Source: an uncultured virus (IMG/VR IMGVR_UViG_3300021961_000027) (lineage: Duplodnaviria > Heunggongvirae > Uroviricota > Caudoviricetes). From it: DNA of 64,000 nt. The translations under genes and the position numbers were made by a program. The first letter of the stretch is position 1; every line of letters begins with the position of its first letter. The notes under the pieces were generated by a model. The model made no database searches. It saw only the letters and a list, made by a program, of their open reading frames with translations, and was not told the origin of the DNA. Positions 56,689-64,000 of this stretch are shown here, piece after piece. The stretch lies in the IMG/VR virus record IMGVR_UViG_3300021961_000027. One strand, given 5' to 3'.

Positions 56689-57748
56689 AGCAGTACAAGG
56701 TAGAAAAGAATTTGTAGTTAAAGAAACTACCGATACTATTTGTTTCGACTATGTTATTATTACTGATGATAGTTTCGATGATCCACAATATGGTTGGATA
56801 AGAAGAAATTTTAGAGGAATCACTTTTTGTAAAAGAACGGGCAGACTACTAAGCTTACCTTTTCACAAATTTTATAATGTCGGCCAGAATGAAGAATCTC
56901 AGTTCCAGTTACATCAACATAAAAAAGCTTCTATCTACGAAAAATTAGATGGAAGCATGATACACTTTTACAAAAAGATTGACGAGGAATTGGTAGCATC
57001 AACCTGTAGATCTCCTGAAAATGTTCAATCAAAAGACGCTCTTGAATTTGCCAAAAGTGATAAAATTCTTTTGGCAAATATATTGAGCACTATTGATAAT
57101 GATATGACACCTATTTTTGAGTGGGTTGCGCCACACAATCAAATAGTTTGTTATTATCAGGAGCCAAGATTAGTTTATCTTTGTAGCAGGGACAAAAAAT
57201 CGGGCCAATATATTTTTGAGAATAATTATACGGATAGAGCAGCTAAAATTGATATTCCATTCTCCGACATTTTGAAGCACAAAACAATTAAAAATATGGA
57301 AGGCTTCGTGTGTCACCTCGAATGTGGCACTTTACTAAAAGTAAAGACCGAGTGGTATTTAGAGAGACATCATGCTGTTGATTTACTAACTCGTCCTAAA
57401 TATAAAGCTTATGAAATAGCACTTAACAATTTAATAGACGATGTTATTGGACTTGCTGGAATATCTTATAGAGATATTCTTAGAGATATTAAAAAAGAAG
57501 TTGATGATGATATCATTCATTCAAGAAGACTATTAGAAAATATGTTTCAAGATTTGTATAAACAAGTCGAAAATGATGCGCCAGAAAATAGGCGTAAGAA
57601 ATTTGTATCGTTGTGTCGTGACAATCAAGGCTTTCCCGCTTTGATGGCCATGTTTAGTAAAAAAGACCCAGATAAATTTATAAGAAAACAACTGTTAGAT
57701 CATTATATCAAAAAATATCCTGAAAGGATCATGAAAAATGACATTTGA
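56663..57748 (+). CDS. T4 Rnl1-type RNA ligase
   Basis: RGITF, LPFHKFYN, motif I EKLDGS, TPIFEW, EGFV, KVKT.WY. Confidence 0.88.
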   Translation: MFTLEEAFKAVQGRKEFVVKETTDTICFDYVIITDDSFDDPQYGWIRRNFRGITFCKRTGRLLSLPFHKFYNVGQNEESQFQLHQHKKASIYEKLDGSMIHFYKKIDEELVASTCRSPENVQSKDALEFAKSDKILLANILSTIDNDMTPIFEWVAPHNQIVCYYQEPRLVYLCSRDKKSGQYIFENNYTDRAAKIDIPFSDILKHKTIKNMEGFVCHLECGTLLKVKTEWYLERHHAVDLLTRPKYKAYEIALNNLIDDVIGLAGISYRDILRDIKKEVDDDIIHSRRLLENMFQDLYKQVENDAPENRRKKFVSLCRDNQGFPALMAMFSKKDPDKFIRKQLLDHYIKKYPERIMKNDI

Positions 57749-58045
57749 GAAAAAAATGTTATTTTTTTCAATTTTTTGTGGATGTATTTTAGGCTTGATC
57801 ATAGCTAGAGTGGTAGTCCTTTTTTGTGGTGACAATTGATGCTTGAGTACATAAAAAGTTTGTTAGTGCAACCTGTGATAGCTTTTTTTGGATTTTGTGC
57901 TTGTTGGTTATCTATATTATTCTGTGCTATCATGAAAGACAGAAGTAGATAATGGCAGAAGTTTTTGATTTAGCTGGCATTGTGTTGCTCTTTTTGATAT
58001 GGTTTTCTTTTTGTTATTTAATTTTGAGCCCCAACGGTGGTTTGA

Positions 58046-58411
58046 ATGACAACGAGTGAGCTTATTAAATTCTTGGCTAAAATTGACCCAGATGGGAATA
58101 CGCCTGTTTGTATAGATAACCATCAAATTATTAATGTTATTAAAATCCCGTCTTATATAGAAGGTCCGTTAGAGGAGCTTAAAATTGTTCAAGGCAAGCC
58201 TCAATCTGCAAAGTTGATGCAGTCTGGCATGAAAGTATGTATTAAATATTTTGCAATTGAAGATGGCATCATGGAGGATCCAGATTTTTTAGTAGATATG
58301 TCAGAAATACATTCTATGGCTTCCAACGTTTTGAAACAAAATTATGATAAAATAAGATTAGAATCAAAAAAAATACTAGAATTAAAAGAGAAGAGGATTC
58401 TTGATGAATAA
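58046..58411 (+). CDS. hypothetical protein
   Basis: 121-aa ORF. Confidence 0.65.
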   Translation: MTTSELIKFLAKIDPDGNTPVCIDNHQIINVIKIPSYIEGPLEELKIVQGKPQSAKLMQSGMKVCIKYFAIEDGIMEDPDFLVDMSEIHSMASNVLKQNYDKIRLESKKILELKEKRILDE

Positions 58412-58742
58412 TGAAAATTTCAAACCAGTTGCTCTGTGTGCGAAGTGTAATAAATTTGTTGTATGCGGCGAAGATTGCAAATATTGCTCTGAAGATAAAT
58501 GGCCAGAGTCTCTAAGAATTGTTAAATATGCTGTTGCTATGAAGGAAGCTATAAATTGTTGGGCAAAAGCAGATTGTGAAGAGCATAGTCAGCCATGTCA
58601 GCCCACTCTGAAAGAATTTGCAATAAAAATTCTCGAATTACAAGATACAATAAGCGAATATCAAAAAGCTATAATAAATCATAAGGCTCAAAAAACTATG
58701 TCTGATGAGGTAGATGAGGCCCTATGGAAGATTATAAAATAA
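58401..58742 (+). CDS. hypothetical protein
   Basis: CAKC and CKYC motifs. Confidence 0.6.
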   Translation: MMNNENFKPVALCAKCNKFVVCGEDCKYCSEDKWPESLRIVKYAVAMKEAINCWAKADCEEHSQPCQPTLKEFAIKILELQDTISEYQKAIINHKAQKTMSDEVDEALWKIIK

Positions 58743-58969
58743 AAACAAAAATAATTAAAAACGATGATTTTTTTTTAGGATGGACTTCAATATTTTGTAT
58801 GCTTATTTTATGCTCAGTGTGGATTTTTTATATGTTTTGGGAACAAGATAAAAAAAGAGAGATAGATCTTTTACATCAAGAGATAAATTTCTTGGAACAA
58901 CAAAACGTTTTACTAGAGTTTGAATTAAGCAAATATAAATTCAACTTTCGTGGCAAACATCATGACTAA
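58724..58969 (+). CDS. small membrane protein
   Basis: One hydrophobic segment followed by a coiled-coil-like tail. Confidence 0.5.
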   Translation: MEDYKIKTKIIKNDDFFLGWTSIFCMLILCSVWIFYMFWEQDKKREIDLLHQEINFLEQQNVLLEFELSKYKFNFRGKHHD

Positions 58970-59162
58970 AAAATTTAAGAAAAACTACGAGTCTCCTATC
59001 CCAATTTATGTTTTTGACAAAGATAGTGGATTTTGGGGTAGGCTTTGTGAAATTTACTGGTTCACTATAATGTACATAGGATATCCATGTTTCCTCATCG
59101 TAGAATGGGTCGCATGGGAAATTAAAGGCAAAAAAAGTTTCGGCAAGAGACATTTGAATTGA
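58950..59162 (+). CDS. small membrane protein
   Basis: Hydrophobic central segment. Confidence 0.45.
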   Translation: MANIMTKKFKKNYESPIPIYVFDKDSGFWGRLCEIYWFTIMYIGYPCFLIVEWVAWEIKGKKSFGKRHLN

Positions 59163-59343
59163 CAGGCCCATTTAATTTTGCTGGTTTTGGCAAGCTTGGG
59201 ATGCAACTTTGCCTTATGTTTTCCAGCCACACTAATGGCTGCTTTAGCTTTGAGTATTCTTCATCTGGTTTTTCCGAAAGAGATTCTGTAGATTGTGCTT
59301 GCTGGAAGCATAATAGAACATATTCATACTGGAGATGAATTAC

Positions 59344-59380
59344 AAAAAAAATAGGGTGGCGAGAACAAACCCGCCACCCT
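59344..59380 (-). terminator. intrinsic terminator after the DUF1559 gene
   Basis: AGGGTGGCG-10 nt-CGCCACCCT-A-T8 on the - strand. Confidence 0.8.
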
Positions 59381-59398
59381 CAAAAAATTATTTATTTT

Positions 59399-60475
59399 TT
59401 AATCAATATTAACAATATTTCCATCAGAAGCACCACAAATAGATTTAAGTGTGATAGCATCGATTGTATCCTTCATAGCTCTAACGGAGCCATCTCCCAT
59501 GCAAGTCATGGCTACTCCACTATGAAATGCAAAAGGTTCATCATTTGGCCCACAGTTGTTCATTGTCCACAAGCAAGTTGAAGGCCCACCAATAGGGTTT
59601 TGGTTATTGTTAATTTTTGCAACCTTGCTGGCAGTCGAATTACTTGGCCCTGAAACACCATTAGCACAAGCGTCAGGGTCGGCCCATGCATAAACTCTAC
59701 GAGCAGGGGTAATTCCATTGTTGCCAATTACTGGATGTGCAGGAGAAGCGACAGGTGAGTTTCTTGCAGAACCAGCGCCGAAAGTAGCAACGCTTGGATG
59801 TGCTCTTCCAGCATCCTCAATTACAAGAATAGTATTTGAAGAACCATCGATAACAGATGCTACAGTTGAACCATTTGCATTCAACATTCCAAAAAATTTA
59901 CCTCTATATTGGGCAGAGCCGTTTCCTATAGCTCTTGCACCTGTGCCTTCATCAATATCAGTAATTGAAACAGCCATGTAATCAATACAGCCTAAGTTTT
60001 CTCCACCAGACCTGCCAGAAGGTGATAGTGCTGTGCTTGGGCAAACAAATGTTTTGACCTGTGTCTGTGCCGCAATCCATCCACTTGGAAAAGTTGGATC
60101 ATCATAATCAAGACCTTTGGAAGTGTTATGAAGAAAAGTTCTATTGTAATTGGCCGGAACAGGACTGGTCATGTCAAACATTTTGAAAGTAGCTTCTTGT
60201 TCAACATAAGGAAGAATTTGAGTAGCCCAACTGTGAATTGTATATAGTGTTGCATTGTTACCAGTGCTGTCAACTTGTCCGGGTGTTGGTAATTTGCCAG
60301 TAGCACTTTCGAAATTATGCATGGCTAATCCAATTTGCTTCATGTTATTGCTGCAACTCATTCTATTTGCAGCCTCTCTTACTTTTTGTACTGCTGGAAC
60401 TAAAAGCCCAACTAGAACAGCAATAATTGCAATAACAACTAATAGCTCTATGAGTGTAAAACCTTTGCGTTTCAT
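59399..60475 (-). CDS. DUF1559 prepilin-type protein (planctomycete family)
   Basis: RKG-FTLIELLVVIAIIAVLVGLLVPAVQKVREAA...C.NN.KQIGLA.HNF; DGSSNT; H-x9-DG (FHSGVAMTCMGDGSV); AGGAG SD. Confidence 0.95.
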   Translation of the reverse strand: MKRKGFTLIELLVVIAIIAVLVGLLVPAVQKVREAANRMSCSNNMKQIGLAMHNFESATGKLPTPGQVDSTGNNATLYTIHSWATQILPYVEQEATFKMFDMTSPVPANYNRTFLHNTSKGLDYDDPTFPSGWIAAQTQVKTFVCPSTALSPSGRSGGENLGCIDYMAVSITDIDEGTGARAIGNGSAQYRGKFFGMLNANGSTVASVIDGSSNTILVIEDAGRAHPSVATFGAGSARNSPVASPAHPVIGNNGITPARRVYAWADPDACANGVSGPSNSTASKVAKINNNQNPIGGPSTCLWTMNNCGPNDEPFAFHSGVAMTCMGDGSVRAMKDTIDAITLKSICGASDGNIVNID

Positions 60476-60611
60476 TTTTGTATTCTCCTATTTTGTCTTT
60501 GAGAAAATAGTTATTAATAACACTCAATAGAACTTGATGAAGGTATTGTGAAGAAATTATGTGTTTTTTATGAAGAAAAATTGGCTAGTAAATTAAAAAA
60601 TTTTTTCTATA

Positions 60612-60857
60612 ATGACTAGGCTATCAGGTTTTAAAACAAAAAAGGAGTTTGTTGTGATTATTCCTTCCAAGTGTGACCGTTGTCGTCAATCTCTTAACAA
60701 TTGCACTATAAGCAAGTTTAATTCTGATATTCTTTGTAATACTTGTGACATTAAGGAAAAAGCACATCCAGACTATTCGATGGCTGAGCGAATTGTAAAT
60801 GAAATGAAAAAGAAGAGCAGTAGTTTTATGGGAATCGGCAAACCATCTGACTTATGA
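60612..60857 (+). CDS. small Zn-binding hypothetical protein
   Basis: CDRC...SKFN.D.LC..C...EK.HP.Y...GIG.P.DL. Confidence 0.65.
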   Translation: MTRLSGFKTKKEFVVIIPSKCDRCRQSLNNCTISKFNSDILCNTCDIKEKAHPDYSMAERIVNEMKKKSSSFMGIGKPSDL

Positions 60858-61054
60858 ATTTGCCAATAATTAATTTTGCAGACTCCAGAGTATTTGGATT
60901 TAATACCAGATACTCTGGAGCAATATGGAGAAGATATAATAGATCTTTCAGTTTTACTGCAAGAAGTTGTTTTGCAGTATCATTTTTTGAAAGAACGGGA
61001 AGTGTACTTTTTACTGATTTTCACGCAAGATCTTTTATATTTGAGTTTTCATAA
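60854..61054 (+). CDS. small aromatic/Ser/Arg-rich hypothetical protein
   Basis: ATGA-coupled 66-aa ORF. Confidence 0.45.
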   Translation: MNLPIINFADSRVFGFNTRYSGAIWRRYNRSFSFTARSCFAVSFFERTGSVLFTDFHARSFIFEFS

Positions 61055-61156
61055 TTTTTGGTCTATGAAACAAATGATTAACACTCTTTCTTTTCTTGTT
61101 GCAATATCTGTTATTCTTGGAATGATATATATTATTGCAGAGAAAGTGAGAGAGTA

Positions 61157-61471
61157 ATGTCAAATATACCATTTGAGTTCTATGGACATTCCAACGGGAC
61201 TCCGCCAGAATTACACTTGCCTTGGAATGAACAAAAAAGAATTGTCGATTTGAACCATAATAATTATGTTTTTATAACTTCTTTGTACTCCTCTCCTTGG
61301 AGACAAAGAGAAAGATTTCCGAATGCTAACCAATGCACCTTATTTTATTATTGGTCTAAATATAGCGACAAAAGAGTAAAAAATAGTTTGCATTGGATTA
61401 CTGAAAATTCAAGATGGCCTAGAGGGTCTACTAAGTCAAGAATTTTCGGGCAAACATACGCTAGATATTAA
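61157..61471 (+). CDS. hypothetical protein
   Basis: TAATG-coupled 104-aa ORF. Confidence 0.5.
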   Translation: MSNIPFEFYGHSNGTPPELHLPWNEQKRIVDLNHNNYVFITSLYSSPWRQRERFPNANQCTLFYYWSKYSDKRVKNSLHWITENSRWPRGSTKSRIFGQTYARY

Positions 61472-61473
61472 TC

Positions 61474-61863
61474 ATGCAAAATATTAATTTTAAACTTTGG
61501 CTCAATGAGTCAGCAAAAGATGAATTTACACAAAATTTGCATTCTTGGATGGATTCTTTTGGGATTTTTATTCCTGTGGAGGGGCAAACCCATGTCGATT
61601 TTGCCCCAGAGCTAGCACTAAATGCAGAAGAACCAGAGCAAGCAAGAGATGAATTGTTTAGAAGAAATTACATGAGAATTAGCTTTTCAAATGGAATATT
61701 ATATGCTAACAATCCGTTTTTGATGCCAAACTCAAGACAAAAAGAATATCTCAAGGATTTTGCAATTGAGTTCAATTCTCTTCTAGAGTATATTTATATT
61801 AAAGAAATTATGTATGATAATGACCGAAACATGCAGGTGATCTGGTCAAGTCAAGATGCTTAA
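61474..61863 (+). CDS. putative capsid-internal protein
   Basis: MQNINFKLWLNES. Confidence 0.65.
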   Translation: MQNINFKLWLNESAKDEFTQNLHSWMDSFGIFIPVEGQTHVDFAPELALNAEEPEQARDELFRRNYMRISFSNGILYANNPFLMPNSRQKEYLKDFAIEFNSLLEYIYIKEIMYDNDRNMQVIWSSQDA

Positions 61864-62041
61864 AGTTTTAAATTTTAATTGCGATTTATTTTTTGCTGGC
61901 AATGCTTGCTCATTCAAGCAGGTAGCAAATGCTGAATTGTATAAATCGGTTTGTTTTGATGGAAGAACTCAAAGCAAATTATTTAGTGCCCCATTCATCT
62001 ACGACAGCCATATTTTTAACACGCTGTGGAGAAGTAAGTGA
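61856..62041 (+). CDS. small aromatic-rich hypothetical protein
   Basis: 61-aa ORF overlapping both neighbours. Confidence 0.4.
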   Translation: MLKVLNFNCDLFFAGNACSFKQVANAELYKSVCFDGRTQSKLFSAPFIYDSHIFNTLWRSK

Positions 62042-62268
62042 TTTTCAAATATTACGGCGTTGACTGGATTATATTTATTTTAGTTGTAACACAATTATGG
62101 CTACTTGGAAACAAAAAGAGACAAGCATTTTTATTCGGCATGGCTGGGAATAGTTGTGGAATTCTTCTTGGTTTCCTTGTTGAGAGCATAGCATGTATAA
62201 TTATGAATTCTGTATTTGTGATTATGCATGTAAATGCATATCGGAAGTGGAAGCCTAAAGATGTTTAG
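62038..62268 (+). CDS. small three-helix membrane protein (PnuC-half-like)
   Basis: DW....V...WLLG.K.R.AF...N..F...H..AY..W. Confidence 0.6.
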   Translation: MIFKYYGVDWIIFILVVTQLWLLGNKKRQAFLFGMAGNSCGILLGFLVESIACIIMNSVFVIMHVNAYRKWKPKDV

Positions 62269-62491
62269 AAACTATACATGTAGAAGCTCATATTCGGTTT
62301 TTAATAGAAACCAAAGATGGGGAGCCGCATTTAGCACCCCAAATGAACATTGCAGCTTAGCTTTTGGCAGTAGGCGCAATAGAGTAAGTAGAAACTTAGG
62401 ACAAGCTTGGAGCGAAGTATTTAATGCATGTGAATCAACAGTATGGACTGAATTCTTTTTCCACCAATTAAACACCTCGGAGTGGTGGTAA
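62261..62491 (+). CDS. small aromatic/Ser/Arg-rich hypothetical protein
   Basis: Likely start MFRNY. Confidence 0.45.
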   Translation: MFRNYTCRSSYSVFNRNQRWGAAFSTPNEHCSLAFGSRRNRVSRNLGQAWSEVFNACESTVWTEFFFHQLNTSEWW

Positions 62492-62673
62492 TGAAATTGT
62501 TTAATCCAATAGGTTCTTGCTTCGGCAATTTACAGGCTAGTGGCAACCTGTATTGTTTCTTCCACCACTTGATGCCTTATGCATATTTGTGGGGTAGTCG
62601 TGCAGCCCGTAGTAGAAATGTTAGATATCAAGATTCAAAACCTTTTGGGTTTTTTCAAGCAGATTGGGTGTAA
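62491..62673 (+). CDS. small aromatic-rich hypothetical protein
   Basis: TAATG-coupled start MKLFNP. Confidence 0.45.
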   Translation: MKLFNPIGSCFGNLQASGNLYCFFHHLMPYAYLWGSRAARSRNVRYQDSKPFGFFQADWV

Positions 62674-62674
62674 A

Positions 62675-62971
62675 ATGGAATACAAATACTGCATAATAAC
62701 AAAAGACAACACCATGCGCCTTTTTTACAAAGGCGTAGAAATAGAGCATTTCAGAGCATGGGAAGCACGATATCCAGATTTTCATCATATTACATTCACA
62801 GTTGATGGGGATTATGTGGAGTTCCACATTGACAAAGACCAAGTTTCAGAGCAAACTACTGAGGAGTTTTTGGTAGAACAGATTCTCCAAAAAGATGAAG
62901 AAATAAAAGAGTTAAAAAAACAAAACAATATTTTAAGAATGATTGTTAATAAGAATCAGACTAATTCATAA
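62675..62971 (+). CDS. hypothetical protein
   Basis: Likely start MEYKYC; C-terminal coiled-coil-like segment. Confidence 0.6.
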   Translation: MEYKYCIITKDNTMRLFYKGVEIEHFRAWEARYPDFHHITFTVDGDYVEFHIDKDQVSEQTTEEFLVEQILQKDEEIKELKKQNNILRMIVNKNQTNS

Positions 62972-62980
62972 ATATTAATT

Positions 62981-63529
62981 ATGATAAAAAAATTCTGGAA
63001 GTGGCTAGCAGATAAAGGTTTTGCCAACTGGTTTAAAGGCAGCAAAATTGTAGACGAAAATGGCGAACCAAAAATGGTTTATCATGGCACTCCAATCTCT
63101 AGCAAAATAAACAAATTCAAAATATCAACCGGGGGCACTATATCTTTTTCCTTCAATCCAACTTTTGCAGGATCATTTGGCAGAAAAGGCGGCAGTCAAA
63201 GTAATATTGTTGTGGCATATTTAAAAGTAATAAATCCCTTTGATTATCGTAAGCAAGAGCATAAAGAAATTTTACAAAAGTACTGGCAAAATCTTAAAAT
63301 GCCTTACATTAAAACCATGATGGAAGAACTTAATAAAGGATTATTTGCCGTCATTGCAGATCCAAAATTCTTGAAATCAAATGGATTTGATGGCTGCTAT
63401 ACAACAGAAGGCAACACTCTTAACATTGAAGTTTTAGATCCCAACCAAATATGGATAGTTGACCAAAAAGAATTTGACAGCGCCGAGTGGAAATCAAAAA
63501 TCGGCAACGAAATGCCATTTTATAAATAA
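62981..63529 (+). CDS. ART-PolyVal-like ADP-ribosyltransferase-fold protein, putative capsid-internal
   Basis: FANWFKGSKIVDENGEPKMVYHGT...AYLKVINPFD...GFDG...PNQI; N-terminus MIKKFWKWL; TAAATA at 62969-62974. Confidence 0.8.
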   Translation: MIKKFWKWLADKGFANWFKGSKIVDENGEPKMVYHGTPISSKINKFKISTGGTISFSFNPTFAGSFGRKGGSQSNIVVAYLKVINPFDYRKQEHKEILQKYWQNLKMPYIKTMMEELNKGLFAVIADPKFLKSNGFDGCYTTEGNTLNIEVLDPNQIWIVDQKEFDSAEWKSKIGNEMPFYK

Positions 63530-63845
63530 GCATTCGCCCTATAATGAGGGCGGTTAATTTAATTTTTTAAGGAGCTAAGACATGGATAAGTCGTATGAAG
63601 AGGAAGTTCTAGAATCGATTATTCGTCACATGTATACTCATCGCCATCTATCGAATTTAGGCTACGATAGCATGACCATGCAAATGCAAAATTTATTCAA
63701 CAATATTGTCTGTAAACCAATAGGTGATAGAAATGTCTGATTATTGGGATGGCTTCTGGACTGGTATTGCAATTGCTTTTTTTGGATCACAATTATATTT
63801 CTTGTATTTTGATGTATTAGGTTATGGATCTAGGAAGAGCAAAAT

Positions 63846-64000
63846 ATGCCATACAAAAGCAGAGTCAGAAGAGAAGAAGCGAGACTAGCTTGGCGTATTA
63901 AAAACAAAGAAAAGTTAAGAGAGCAAAGGAAAATATGGGAAGCAAATAATCAAGACAAAATTAAACAGTATAGAGAGAAAAGGAAAATAAAAAATGCTCT
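63846..64000 (+). CDS. partial basic ORF running off the window end
   Basis: MPYKSRVRREEARLAWRIKNKEKLREQRK..., resembles N-termini of phage HNH endonucleases; catalytic part not visible. Confidence 0.35.
   Translation, partial: MPYKSRVRREEARLAWRIKNKEKLREQRKIWEANNQDKIKQYREKRKIKNA

Noticed and set aside
60876..61157. 93-aa ORF overlapping 60854-61054
   Set aside because: The upstream part is an alternate frame of the ATGA-coupled ORF; only the last 30 or so codons (MKQMINTL..., from about 61065) are plausible as a small membrane peptide
55978..62971. Stop-codon recoding as the cause of the many short ORFs
   Set aside because: Long conserved genes are intact in the standard code, TAA/TAG/TGA all end real genes, and the short ORFs lie in different frames with start/stop overlaps

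Overview
This window looks like part of a large (jumbo, T4-like) bacteriophage genome in the standard genetic code. Evidence: dense small unknown ORFs, two tRNAs (Thr-UGU, Lys-UUU), a CobS/MoxR-like AAA+ and VWA pair, Hsp20, a sigma-70-family factor, an SNF2 helicase, a T4 Rnl1-type RNA ligase, an endonuclease VII domain and T4-late-like TAAATA boxes. A DUF1559 prepilin-like gene points to a planctomycete host. Structure the gene list does not explain: (1) a 26-nt motif in 10 copies, all on the - strand at gene junctions, two of them forming an identical 38-bp direct repeat around one gene; (2) about 14 unrelated proteins sharing a T4-type N-terminal capsid-targeting peptide, several with ADP-ribosyltransferase-like or nuclease-like motifs; (3) 17 translationally coupled LamG/ConA-like paralogs with conserved ends, variable cores, DNA-identical termini and a shared insertion loop; (4) a strand-composition switch with short repeats at about 11-12.7 kb consistent with a replication origin; (5) a duplicated kissing-loop RNA element and an armless tRNA-like element; (6) a repeat-protein family with a shared N-terminal module. 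All assignments come from reading motifs by eye; no searches or computations were run.
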